Position numbers and translations under genes: made by a program
Origin: Lama guanicoe
Taxonomy: Eukaryota
Direction: 5' to 3'
NCBI GenBank assembly: GCA_013239625.1
Contig: MU056050.1
Location: 1,226,084-1,290,083 of the forward strand
DNA: 64,000 nt
The notes under the pieces: generated by a model
Databases searched by the model: none
Told to the model about the DNA's origin: nothing
The model's input: the letters and a program-made list of their open reading frames with translations, nothing else
Part shown: piece by piece, positions 24,888 to 38,170 of the stretch
Numbering within the stretch: position 1 is the first letter of the stretch
How the letters are laid out: each line of letters opens with the position of its first letter

Positions 24888-25879
24888 GAAAAGATAATTT
24901 AATATAGAAAAACAACAGTTACCAAATTTGACTTTGACAGAAGGAAGGAAATGCTCAAAATAAAGACATATTAAAATATAAAGCAAATATACAGTAGAAA
25001 ATAAAGCCAGACATTGGATCGTTTATAATATGTCTGATTGTTTTCACTTTGTCAAGACCAATCAAGAAAAAAAAAGTTAGGATACAAATAACCAATGTTT
25101 GGAATGAAAAGGGGGTGCTACTTCAGATCCTATGGATTATTATAAAGACATTAGCAGGGTAATTTGAACAACTTTATAAAAATAAAATTTTTAACTAGAA
25201 GAAAGGAGAAAGTTTCTTTAGAAATACATGTGAATAAATGAAACAAGAGGACATGGAAGTCTGAATAATTATCTATTAATGATTTTGATGTCATAATTTG
25301 AATATCTAATGGAAACGTTTCCCAGTTAGTTTCTGTTTATGCATAGAATAAAATGATGTGTCCCTTTGAGAGCTAGTGCAAATGCCGGCTAAGTTTTTTT
25401 TTTTTCCAAATATGCTTACAGTCATCAGAGAACAGAGGATAAGATTCTGTTCAAGGTTGAAACATAACAAGTTAAGCTGAAGATCTGTAGTCATTCAATC
25501 ATTTTTCCCCTAGTAGCGTTTGCCAATTTCAAATTAAGGAAGAGGTTAAGAAATAGAAAGCTGAGAAGAGCCTGAAAGCAGACGCCAGCAGAACTTTTGG
25601 GAGTCTTAGCAATGGAGCAACAAAATGGGAGACTAGGGGCCACAGATGTCTGAAGTTCTCTGAAAACGCTGGCTATATTCTGAACCTGTGGTGGGTAGTA
25701 GACTAAAAAACTAAGTTAAAAATATATGGAAAACAAAAATTCCAAAATCCTGAAATGCTACAGATTAAGATTACAGTTCATGACCCATCAGCAAGAGGAC
25801 TCCAGTGAACAATATAGCAGACTTTAATTGGGCACTTCTGGTGAACTACAATATAAACACAGGGTAAAATGATTGAAAA

Positions 25880-28800
25880 CTGTGGATAATGAATCATCCG
25901 TGCATCCGTGGGTAAATACCACTTGATCATGGTGTATGATCGTTTTAATGTATTATTGAATTCAATTTGCTAATACTTTGTTGAGGATTTTTATGTTTAA
26001 GTTCATCAGTGATATTGGCCTGTAGGGGTGTGTGTGTGTGTGTGTGTGATATTTTTGTTTGGTTTTGTTATCAGGGTGATGCTAGCCTTGTAGAATGAAG
26101 CAGAAGGATCCATTCCTCTTAATTTTTTTGGAATAGAGTAAGAAAGATATTTTAATTCTTCTTTAAATGCTTGGTAGAATTGATCTGTGAAGCCCTTGGG
26201 GTCTGGACTTGTGTCTTGGGGAAGATTTTTTTAATTACTTATTCAATTTAATTACTGATAATTAGTTTGTTCATATTTGCTATTTCTTCCTGATTTATTT
26301 TTGGGAGGTTGAACGTTTCTAGCAATTTATCTATTTCTTCTAGGTTGTCCATTTTATTGGCAAATAATTGTAGTAATCTCTTACATTCCTTTGTTTTTCT
26401 GTGGTATCGGTTGTAACGTCTCCTTTTTCATTTCTGATTTTATTGTTCTGCCCTCACCCTTTTTTTCTTGATGAATCTGGCTAAAGATTTATCAGTTTCA
26501 TTTCCTAGTTTCATTGATCATTTCTGTTGTCTTTTATAGCCTCTATTTCATTTATTTCTGCTGTGATTGTTACGATTTCTTTCCTTTTACTAACTTTGGG
26601 TTTTGTTTGTTTTTTTCTCTAATTCCTTTAGATGTAAGGTTTGGTTGTTGATATGGGATTTTTCTTGTTTCCTAAGGTAAGTTTGAAATGCTAGAAATGT
26701 CCCTGTTGGAATTGCTTTTGCTGTGTTCCATAGATTTTTGGTTCATTGTGTTTTCATTTTCACTTGTCTCTAATTTTTTTTTTATTTTCCCTTTGATTTC
26801 TTCAATGATCCATGAGTTGTTTAGTAGCATACTGCTTAGCCACCACATGTTTGTGTGTTTTGCAGTTTTTTTTTCTTGTAGTTGATTTCTAGTCTCATAG
26901 TGTTGAGGTTAGAAAAGATGATATGATTTCAATTTTCTTAAATTTACTGAAGCTTATTTTGTGGCCATGCATGGGATCTATCCTGGAGAATATTTCATAT
27001 GCACTTGAAAAGAATGTATATTCTACTGTTTTTGGATGGAATTCTCTACATACTGATACCAGTTAACTCCATTTGGTCTAATGTGTCATTTAAGGCCTGT
27101 GTTTCTTGATTGATTTTCTTTCTAGGTGACCTGTCTGTTGACATAAGTGGGGTGTTAAAGTCCCTTACTATTATTGTGTTGTTGTTGATTTCTCCCTTTA
27201 TGTTAAATTTGCGTTACGTATTTAGGTGCTCCTATGTTGGATGCATAAACATTTACAATTATATCTTCTTCTTGGATTGATCCGTTTATACCATTTCCTT
27301 CTTTGTCACTTGTTACAGTCTTTGTTTTAAAGTCTCTTATGTCTTTCATGTATATTGCTACCTCAGCTTTCTTTTTGTTTCCATTTACATGAAATACCTT
27401 TTTCCATGCCCTCATTTTCAGTGTGTGTGTCTCTTTAGATCTGAAATGATTCTTTCATAGGCAGTGCATAGATGGATCTTTTTTTAAAATTCATTCAGCC
27501 ACTTTATGTCTTTCAGTTGGAGCCTTTAGTCCATTTTTATTTAAATTATTTATTGGTAGGTATGTACTTGTTGCCATTTTGTTAATTGGGGTTTGTTTTT
27601 GTAGTTATTTTTTGTTCCTTTCTTCTTCTTTTGCTCCAATCCCTTGTGATTTGAACACTCTTTAGTGCTATATTTTGGATTTCTTTCTCATTTCTTGTGT
27701 GTGATTTGTTATAGATTTTGAGTTTGTGGTTAATGTGAAACAAATAAACAAATAAAAAATACGTACATGACTATTTTAAGTTGATGATCTTGTAAGTTCA
27801 AACATATTCTAACAATCCTACATTTTTACTTCCCTGACATTTACTGTTTTGACATCTTATTTTCCATATTTTTGTTTTGTGTAACCCTTAACTATTAATT
27901 GTGGATATGGATGGTTTTACTACTTTCTTCTTTTAACCTTTCTATTAGGTTGATAATGGTTGATCTACTACCTTTACTGTATATTTGTATTTATCAATTA
28001 GATTTTTAATTTGGTAATTTTCACATTCCTAGTTGTGGTCTTTACCTTTCTGCTTAGAGAATTCTCTTTAACATTTCTTTAAAGTCAGTTTTGTGATGAT
28101 AAACTCTTTTAACTTTTGCTTGTCTTTAAAACTTTTGATCTCTAATTCAAATATGAATGATAGCCTTGCCAGGTGGCAAATTTTTGGTTGTAAGTTTTTG
28201 GGGTTTTTTTCCCTTCATTACTTTAAATGTATCATGCCACTCCTTTCTGGCCTGCAGAGTTTCTGCTAAGTCACATGGTAGTCTCATGGAAATTCCCTTG
28301 TGTATAGCTACTTGCTTTCTTCTTGCTGCTTTTAAGATTTTTTTCTTTATCTTTTACTTTTGCCATATTCACTATAATGTGGCTTGGTTCATTTTCTTTG
28401 GGACACACTGTATTTTTTGCACCTGGATGTCTGTTTCCTTTACCAGGTTAGGAAAGTTTTCAGCTATTATGTCGTACAATAAATTCTTTGTCACTTTCCC
28501 TCTTTCTTCTCCTTCTGAGACCCATATAATGTGAATGTTAGTGTGCTTGCCATTGTCCCAGTAGTCTCTTACACTACCTTCATTAAAAATTTTTTTTCCT
28601 GTTCAGCTTGGATGTTTTCTACTACTCTTCTACAGTTCACTACAGTTCACTAATCCATTCCTCTCTATCATCTAATCTACTGTTGATTTCCTTCTAGTGT
28701 GTTTTTTATTTCAGTTATTGTATGCCTCAGCTCCGTTTGTTTTTTCTTTATATTTTCTCTTTGTTAAGCTTCTTTGTGTATCCATTCTTCTCCTGAATTT

Positions 28801-30055
28801 ATTGAGCATCTTTATGGTCATTACCTTGAACTATGTATCAGATAGATTACTTATCTCTGCTTTGTTTAGTTCTTTTTCTGGAGTTTTGTGTTTTTCCTTT
28901 GTTTGGAACATATTCCTTTGTCTCCTCATTTTGCCTAATTCTCTGCATTTATTTCTATGTATTAGGTAGGTTGGTTATGTTTCCCTATCATGTAGAAGGG
29001 GTCTTTTGTAGGAGATGTCTTATGGGACCCAGCAGCATACTCCCCTCTAGTCACCAGACTTATATGCCCTAGGGTTGCCCCCTATGTGAGCAGCATGGGT
29101 CCTTCTGTTGTGGCTAATTACTGTGGGTGTACTGGTAGGCAGGGCTGGTTTCTGACCCTGTTGGCTTTCAGGCCCTGCCTTGTATGGTGACTTCCAGCCC
29201 ACTGCTGGGCAGGGCTGGTTTCCTGCTGCTGATTCCAGGGTTGGTGCAGGCCCACTGGTGGGCAAGGCTGGCTCCCAGGGAACCTGGCTGCAGAGCTTAG
29301 AGGGGCTGGGACGGATGGTGCCAGTCTGCTGGTACAGAGGGTTAATTCTTGGAGTGCCTAGCTATGGGCTCTGAAAGGCCTGGAGCTGGTTCCAGCCCAC
29401 TGGTGTATAAGCCTCCAGCACTAATAGGCTAGAGGAGGACTCCAAAATGGTGCTTGCTACTACCAGTGCCCTCAAGGTAGAGAGAGCTCCCCAAAATGGC
29501 TGCTGCAGGTGTCTGTGTCCCCATGGGAAGTCCCAGTTGCCTCTTGCCTCTCTAGGAATCTTTCCAAGATCAGCAAGTGGGCCTGACCTAGGCTTCTTTC
29601 AGATTACTTCCTCTGTGCTGGGACTCAGAGCATGTAAGATTTTGTGCATGCCCTTAATGTGTGGCATCTCTGTTTCCTACATACATCCTCCAGCTTTGCC
29701 AAAAATAAGCCCCGCTGTCCTTCAAAGCCAGATGTTCTGGGGGTGGCTCATCTTCCTGCTGCACTATGCCCTGGTTAAGGAGTCCTATGTAAGGCCTAGA
29801 CCCCTTGCACCTTTGGTAGAATGTCTTCCAATTTATAGGTTGCCTATCCAAGTATGTGGATCTTGACTGTACTGTATCTCTACCCCTCCTACCCATCTTA
29901 TTGTGGGTCCTTTTTTATATCTTTACTTATGGACAATATTTTCTGCTAGTCTTTAGGTCATTCTCATAGATAGTTGCTCTATATATAGTAGTAATTTTAG
30001 TATGACCATGAGAGGAGCTGAGCTCAGGGTCTTCCTAATCTGCCATCTTGGCCAC
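25880..30055 (-). mobile_element. LINE-1 5' half: 5' UTR, ORF1, inter-ORF and ORF2 endonuclease/start of RT region, degenerate
   Basis: Minus-strand start GTGGCCAAGATGGCAGATTAGGAAGACCCTGAGCTC at ~30055. GC-rich UTR 28960-30050. ORF 27203-27415 (WKKVFHVNGNKKKAEVAI...DFKTKTV.SDKEG...GSIQEEDI..NVYASNIGAPKYV.QI) is the EN domain. The 3' part is missing. Confidence 0.92.
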
Positions 30056-30869
30056 ACATCTCAAGGTACAGTATTTTAAGTTTTGCTTTAATAATCATTA
30101 TTATCTGTGTCCTGTTTAAGAAATCTTTTTCTACCCCAAGTCATGAAAGTATCCCACATTGTTTTCTTCTAGTTTTATAGTTTTAGTTTGTACATATATG
30201 TCTGTGGTGTATCTCAATTTAATATTTGTGTATGGCATGAAGTAAGCATTGTGTTGAAAAACATAAGACACCCAGCTCTTCTACCACCATGTATGGAAGA
30301 AAAAATATCCTTTCCTCATTGCATGATTTTGGCATCGCTCTTGTTTCTACTCAGTAACAGCGGCCAGTTGTATTATTGCTAATTTTCTGCTTATTCTCTT
30401 TTCTTCCTGATTACTCTTGATTTCAGCAGTTTTACAATGATTTTCCTAGATGTGAATCTGTTTATATTTATCCTTTTTTTGTTTATGATGCTTCCTGAAT
30501 CTGTGGCTTTCTTGCTTTCCTTTTTTTGAGGAAGACTCTTGGACATCATCTATTCAAATATTGCTTCTGATCTTTCCTCTCTCACCTTTGTTTTTGGTTA
30601 ACAGTTACATATATGTTGGAAAGATTTCTCTCAAACTTTTTTTCTAAATTTTCCACCTTTTTCCCTCTTTCTCCCTTACTCAAGTTGTATTTTAGTAACC
30701 TGTCAGTTTAATAATTCTTGCTTCAGATGTGTTTAATCTGCTATTTTGCACATCTATGGAGTTCTTAATTTCAGTTGATTTCTTACTTATTTCTGTAATT
30801 TTATTTTTTATAAATCCAAAATTTTTTTAAAGTCTTCATGTTTTTATTTTCTTGAATGTTACTTTAGTT

Positions 30870-32290
30870 ATTTAATTGATATTCTATTATGAAAAATCCA
30901 AAATATAGAAAAATTATACAAGTATTTCACTAAATCTTCTCATATTCTTAACATGGATTCATCAGTTGTTCACAATTTGCCACATTTGCTTTGGTGCTCT
31001 GTGTGCTTGTATATGTCTCTGTACCCATTCATTATTATCTATTGTTCTGCTGAACCTTTTGAGAGTGAGTTGCGAATATGACCCTCAACCCCTGTAGTGG
31101 TTTGAACAGTGGCTCCCCGAAATGTATGTCCACCTAGAGACTCAGAATTATTACCTTCTTTGGAATAAAGGTCTTTACAGACATAACTAAGGTAAATATC
31201 TTGAAATTATCCTTGATTAGGATGACCCCTTAATCTGAAGAAGGATGTGTTTATAAGAGATACAAAAGGAGAAAATAGAAGAGACCCAGGGGAAAAGGCC
31301 ATAGGAACATGTGGGCAGGCTGGAGTCTACAACAAACTAAGGAGCACCAGGTGCTGCCAGAAACTGAGAGAAGTAAGGAAGGATTCTCCCACAGAGCCTT
31401 TGGAGGGAGGATCACCCTGCTGAAAACTTGATTTCAGGTTTCTGCCTTCTTAGAACTATGGGAGAATAAATTTCTATTGTTAAAAGCCACCAAATTTGTA
31501 ATTTGTTGTGGCAGCCCTAGACGACTAACAATCCCTAAATATCTCACCATGTGTATGCTAAGAACAGGGATATTCTTTTGCATATGCAGTACAATTATCA
31601 AATCAATCAGAGCATTGAGCATTGTTATAACACTGTGTCTATATCTATAGTCCTTATCTAATTTCTACATTTACGTCAATAATATTATTCAGTGAGTTTA
31701 TTTTTCTTCAATCCAAGATCCAAACCAGAATCACACATTTCATTTATATCCCTTTAGGGTTATAAATCTGAAATAATACTTTAGCTTTTGTTTTTCAAAA
31801 CATTGATTTCTTTTTTTTTTTTTTTAAAAATGCAAGCCAATTGTTTCGTAGATTGTCCCTCAGTCTCAGTTTGTCTTAATTGTATACTCATTTCTAGTTT
31901 CAGGTTATATTTTAGAAGAAATGCTACATGAATGATGCTGGGTTTTTGTTTTTTGTTTTTTTTTTCCCTCAGTGCCTCACATCAAGAGGCACCTAATTTT
32001 AGACTGTCCCAGTATTGGTGGTATTAACTTGGATCACTTGGTTAATGTGCCCTCCACATTTCTCTGCTCAGAAGTTACCTCCTTTTTAATCAATATGTAA
32101 TCTGTCTCAGGGATACTTGAGAACGATGTAAATATCTTGTTAACCAACACATTTTTATCAAATAGTGTTATCATCCATTGGTGATCTTGCCTTGATCAGT
32201 CAGTTATTACCATAATATTTTCAAGATGGTGATTTTCTAAGTATCATTTCTTGTACATTTATTAGTCTTCTTTCATGGTAAATAAAAAAT
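30870..32290 (-). mobile_element. Old LINE-1 3' UTR (L1MC5-like), split by an MLT1 LTR
   Basis: ttgagagtgagttgc...atgaccct|...|ccctaaatatctca.catgtgtat.ctaagaacagggatattct...tccaagatccaaaccagaatcacacatt...aacttggatcacttggttaa. Confidence 0.65.
31093..31530 (+). mobile_element. MLT1 (MaLR) solo LTR
   Basis: TGtagtggtttgaa...gagaataaatttctattgttaaaagccacc...gcagccctag..gactaaCA. Approximate 5-bp TSD acccc/atccc. Confidence 0.9.
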
Positions 32291-34250
32291 TTCCTTCCTC
32301 TCATGTTTACTTTCTTCCTCTTTGTTCCTTCTTTCCTTCCATTCTCTGTTCCTCTCTGTTTTTGTTTCTTTATCTCTGCCCACCGCCCCCTCTTCTGTCC
32401 CCTCTCTACCCTTGGTGTTTTTATATAGACTTTTCAATGTGTGGATTCATGAATTCTTCTTTTTCATTTACGTTATAATCTAATACTGGCATTTTTGTTT
32501 TTACTGTACTAGATTTAGCTAGTATGAGGTAAAGTTTCTAATTCTAATCTAGTATTCAGGATCACAGTGTTCTTGTCTTCTCTCATTGCTTATCTGTGTC
32601 TCTCTTTTTTCATGATCAGAATACTGTTCCCTCCCAAAGGAATATATTTTCTTCTATAGAACACCAAAAATAGTAGATACAGAACTGCTTCACGCATACC
32701 ACTGCCAAAAGAAAACCTATTAAATGAAGTTGATTTCACTGTAGTTTTTTGTCTTTAGCCTGAGGATATATGCCTTAAAGTAACTTGTGTGTGTTTTTCC
32801 CCCTTGTGTCTTTATTCTATCCATTTTTAAAACTACTATGTTTATTATTTTTATGTTTAGTTTGATTTGAGGGTTTTCCCAAATATTTGTGAATTTAATT
32901 TTATTTTGGATTATATAATCACTCAATATGCTTTCAAACTTCAACTTTATACAAAATTCTGTATTCAGAGAAGTGTCACCCAGTCTTTTCCTCCTTCCAG
33001 CTTGTTCTCACTCTGCCTATTGATAACCAATTTGACTGCATTCTATTTATCCTTCCTTTGGTTATTTTATAAAACTAAGCAAATTATTTATTAAAGTAGT
33101 GTACTTGTTTTTCTCCCTAAAATTTATCCTGGAAATCTCTCCACATCAGGACATAAATATCATCCTTACTCCCTTCCATCTACATAGTAACCCACTGTAC
33201 ATGTATAGCATAGTTTGCTCAACCAATTGCATATGCATTGGCTTTTACACTGTTAAAACAATAATATAACAAATAATATCCCAATCTGTAAGGGCATACG
33301 TTTGCATTTTCTTACTGTTGGTGGCATATCTTAAAGGTGAAAAATTATATCCCCTAATTTTTATCTATCTTATTTTAAGTAAAGTCTAACATTTTAATAT
33401 GTTTAAGGCCATTTTATAATGTTTTTGTCATTTAATGTTAATGAGTTTTCACCATTTTCCATCAACTTTTAGTCTTTTTTTCTCTTTTATATCTCAGCTT
33501 TCTTATGTGATTTGTCCTTGATTATATGTTACAGGTATATATCCCAGTTTGTTGTCTATTGACATTGGTTAAACTGGTTTTTGCCATGGGAAGTTGTTAA
33601 AATTAATTATTTTGAGTTGAAGGTATCAATATTTCCTTTATTGTGTTGCCATTTTGAGTCTTTGTTTACAAAACATTGTCTTTCATACCCAGATTACAAA
33701 TGTCCCCGTATTTTCTTCTTGTACTTGTAAGGTTATTATTATTATGTTTTTTACATTTAAAATTCTGATTGATTTGAATTTTATTCCTGTGTATAGAGTG
33801 AAGTATGGATACAGTTTTTATTATTATTTAAATGACTATTCAGTTGTCCAAAGATGATTTGACAAAATATCCATATTTGTCCCAAGGAATTGGGATGCTA
33901 CTTTTACTCTGTAGTAAATTTTGCTTTGTTCTTATCTACTGGATTTCCTATTCTCTTCCACTGCTCTGTTATTCCTTAACCAATGTAACATGGTTTTAAT
34001 TATAGAAGCTTTATGGTATGTTTTGAAATCTGATAGGGCTATTGCCTCTCCTTATTGATATCATTTTCCTGAGTTGTCTTAGATATTTATGTATATTATT
34101 TTTCACATGAACTTCAGAATTACCTCATCTAGTTGTAGTAGAAAGCTTCTTGGTATTCTTATTTGGATTACATTAAAATTATACCTTAACTAAGGGATGG
34201 GGGAAATAGGAACTCTTGATGATGTTTACATATCATAATCAAGAAAAGTA

Positions 34251-34474
34251 GTGGTTACCAATGGTGGGGAGGGGCAGTATAGAGGTAGAGGAGTGGGAGG
34301 TACAAACTACTGGGTGTAAGATAGGCTCAAGGATGTATTGTAGAAAATGGGGAATATAGCCAATATTTTGTAATAACTGTAAATGGAAAGTACTTTTAAA
34401 ATTGTATAAAAATTTTTTTAAATTTAATTAAAATAAATTTTAAAAAGAAAAATGAAGTTCTAAAAAAAAAAAAA
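34251..34474 (+). mobile_element. Short LINE-1 3' end with A-tail
   Basis: gtggttacca...ggaggtacaaactactgggtgtaagataggctcaaggatgtattgta...gggaatatagccaatatttt. Probable TSD aagaaaagta (34241-34250) / aaaaaaagta (34468-34477). Confidence 0.85.
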
Positions 34475-36224
34475 GTAACATCATTCCATTTTTGCATTTC
34501 TCCCTTTTCTGTTTTATCTTCCAGGAGATGCTTGTGGTTTTCCTTATATACTTTTACATATTTCTAAATTTTACCCAACTATTATATAGATTATTATTAT
34601 TATTATAGAGGCTATTTCTGACAAATACATTATCTGGATCCCCTATGGGTATCTTTTTGTTGTTCATTTTCTTCTTGATTTTAGATTATTTGATCTTGAG
34701 ACTTGGTATGCCTGTTAATTTTAAAACATTCAATGTCAGATAATATATATGAAAAAAAAACTGTAGAGATAATTTGAGGCTTTTGAATCTGGCCTCTAAG
34801 CTAGGGGGAGAACACTTTAATTCAGCCAGAGCTTGGGCTGATTATAGAGGCTGAGCTGCAGTCTTTAAGGAGATTGATCTATTTTTGGTTCATCCTTACA
34901 ACCCTGTAAAGATGATCCACCTTGATCCACCTGAAAGCAAAATTATTTTATAAAACCCAACCACCTTGATCAGTCCTAAACTCCAATTTCTGTCTCCTTC
35001 GCTCCAAGAGAGTGCTAAGAGCTATGCTCACATTCTTAGCTTTCTGGCTGTCAGTTTTGAATTTGTAAATGTCTATAGAGGAAATGCAGTAGCAAATGTT
35101 AGACTCACTTCTCTCTGGGATCTCGATCCCGCAAGCCTTGCTTTTATTTGTAGCTTTCTGATGCCTTCAAATATTTATTAATAAAAACCTTTTTGTTTAA
35201 AAGTAAATCATAGTTTCAAAGGAAGTTAACAAAATACTGCAGAGAGGTACAGCGTACCCTTCATCCCAGTTTCCTCCAATGGTTATATTTTATATAGCTA
35301 TAATATATCATATAAGGATACTGACATTGATACAATATATGTGTATAGTTCTGTGTCATTGTATCCCACATGTACATCCTTGTAACTAGCATTACAATCA
35401 ATATTCCATATTTTTAAAAAGTTTTAAAAATATTTTTTCAACTTTTCTATTGATTCTTGGAAGTAAGGTTGGTCTAACCTAACTAGTTCATCATGGCCAC
35501 AAGCCGATGTCGTAAAATTAGCTTTATAATGTTTATTTTTCATATTTATATTAGGACTCTTTCTGACTCTAAGGGCATGTACAGTATGTGAAAATTTAAG
35601 ATATCATAGCAGTAAAGTCATTACGGCAATGCATTTAAGCCAAAGCCATCAGTTCTAGTTTACCTACATGGCAGAGATCTAGCTTAACTTTTCTGGTATA
35701 TTCAAGTCTTGTTCTTGGACAGTTTTATTTTTGCACATGCACGCATCTGAAATGTTCCTGTATGTTTCAAAATCGTGAAATTTAAGTTACAATGGGGACT
35801 ATTCTGCTCCACTGTTAGAAGAACTAAAATTTCAGATTAAAGTATATAGGAATTTTGTAGACAGTGAATAGATATTAGTGGCTACTCAGCAAAGTAATGC
35901 TGCTTGATGAAACATACTATAGGAAACAGATTCTGTTAGAAGTGCACAAGATGGCTAAGATGTGAAAAGCAATATTTCAGGTAGAAATGTCATGAATGGC
36001 CATGAGTTGCCCCAGGGGACCAGGAAGTTAGAATTTTATATCTGTAAGAATTAGAGTTTAAGTCCATGACTTTGTATAATGGAAGGGAAAATAGAAGGAG
36101 GAGGAAAGTGGAAAGGAAGTACAGATAGCAGATAGCACAGGGTTTAAAAAAAAAAACAGTTCAGAGGTATATAAATTATTTAAAGTACTAAGTTTTGGGC
36201 TTTTACATATTTTTTTAATAGAAG

Positions 36225-36590
36225 TGCCATATAAAAATAAATCCAGACTTAAATAAGGAGAGAGAGGCTTTACTGAGAAGAAAAACTGTTGGAATATGGA
36301 GAGCGCTCTCATCTCAGAAATCTGCAAATGTCTCTAAAGCAAACACAAGGGCTTTTCTTTTGTAGAGAGGGGAAAGCAGGTAAGTGTGGGGGAGTCAAGC
36401 AAATGCGAGGAAATGATCAGAGGGTTCTCACTGTAGTCAGCTAATTCTCAGGATAAGCTGATAAGGGAATATATATATATATATATATATTTTTTTTTTT
36501 CTTGTAAAGTGCTTGCTCAGATTTGAGGACAAGCAGAGTTCAGGGACCTGTAGTGAAGACAGAATCATGACTAAAGTTTGGTCAAGACAA
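36225..36590 (-). mobile_element. Probable ancient ERV1-class solo LTR with internal (TA)n
   Basis: TG...CA-bounded block with LTR-like composition (gagaggcttta.tga...ctcagaaatctgcaa...gactaaagtttggtcaag). Family uncertain (MER110-like by recall). Confidence 0.45.
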
Positions 36591-38110
36591 AACAAAGGGT
36601 AAGATATGTGCAACTGTGAACACCTGATCAGGAGCCAACACCACACACAACATATACTATTACTAAAGGCATTCCAGTGGATAATAGACTCCTGGTAGTT
36701 ATGCTATAGAAGAAATTTGTTGTTTTTAATATGGTGGGAATTTGGCCTAGGTGACCTTCAACAACTTCTTCTAACTTGAAAAACAATTCTTTACATGATT
36801 TAGTGAGGGTTAGTATTTCTCCAAAAAACCCCAAAGAGGTCTCTTCAGTGTACGTTCCTGCACAGTAAGATTTGCTACATCATCTAGTTACTTTATATAG
36901 TATCTTTCAATGAAAGTTAGTAAAAATCTTTTGAAAGCAAGTTTTGCAATCATCATTTTGTAGATTGTATAAATGAATTATTCAAGACTAAGTATTTCAG
37001 AATATCTATTATTTGAGACTGAACAGAATTGCTGTGTACAGGATATGCATTTCTTTCCTAGGAATGCAATAATAGTATGGAAAGGATGTGCAGTATTAAC
37101 ATTTAGATAGGTATCACTGGAAAAGCAATACTTAAAATTTACCTAGGATGGAGGAAAAAAGAGGAAAGGTTTTGGTTAAATCTTATCAGACCCACCACTA
37201 GTCCATCAATTCAAAGCCAGCTTGGGGAGTGATGTTGCTTTTCAAGCTCTCATGAAAAGACTTCCTGATTTGTAAAGGAGGCAAATTTATTTATGTAAAT
37301 TGACTATTTGGCAGTACTTCTGCTTCTTTTAGTGTTGACTAGTCCTACCTCTGATAAGACAGATCTAATTTCATTTCCATTAAAATGCAATGAAAGCACA
37401 TTTATGAATTTAATAATTTCTTGCCTGAGTTTGATAGGAGCTTAAAATGGTTAGCTATGGAGTGTTATTAATAAATATTGCTTTTTAAAATTAGAATAGA
37501 CTAAGAAACACCTATCTGGTCAAGGGTTTTTCTTCTACATATTATGAAAAAAATTGAGTTGGTAAAAGGAATGGTAATTTGCCAAAGGGTTTGTTTAATT
37601 GGACCTTCTTGCTTATCTCATTGTCAAATTATTTTTAAACCTAAGCTCTCCTATATAATTTAAATATTGATGTACTTTGTTTTGCATAACTTATTCATCT
37701 TCCTGAAGGGAAAATGAAGCAAATACAAATTTAGGCTTTTTAACAAAGCATGAAAAGAGAAAACTGACATCGTGAATTGTTTTTCTAATTTGTCTTTCAG
37801 AAGGCTCTCTTAAAATTTTATTTTCTCTCATACTTCCCATACTTTTATATGAACTGCCTATGTAAATATCATTATTTCTGATAACTTAGTATGCCTACTT
37901 AATCCACAGGTCTTCCTGAGGAAGTAGGATTTAGCTGAAGTTCTTCTGCATAATCTGCATAGTCAACAACCATTTGCTCTTTAACAAAAAAAGGGAAAAT
38001 ATGTGTGAAAATTAAAATAGAAAAGGCTTTTAAAGATTATGAGAATCGCTGGTAGCAGAGCTGATCCTGATTTTCTGCCTATTTTAAGTTTCTGACTTTC
38101 CCTTCCCCAG

Positions 38111-38170
38111 GGCCAGGGGCAAAAAAGTTTACCTATTTATCACTTAGAAATCACTTGATGGAATTGTTAG
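38111..38170 (+). other. Candidate 60-bp symmetric exon
   Basis: Strong acceptor ttctgactttcccttccccag| and donor TAG|GTAAGA. One open frame (phase 1-1: PGAKKFTYLSLRNHLMELL). Lies in repeat-poor DNA. No protein recognised. Confidence 0.35.

Noticed and set aside
25300..25880. Apparently unique segment between two L1s
   Set aside because: Probably a very old L1 5'-region fragment. I could not assign it or find coding or RNA features.
28157..29072. Hydrophobic Phe/Leu-rich 'membrane protein' ORFs (also 26688-26885, 52318-52578 and others)
   Set aside because: Translation of the T-rich antisense strand of L1 ORF1/ORF2.
25880..30055. Active full-length L1
   Set aside because: ORF1 and ORF2 have many stops and frameshifts, and the RT/3' portion is missing.
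37910..37990. Possible exon after aatccacag acceptor
   Set aside because: Stops in all three frames and no convincing donor site.
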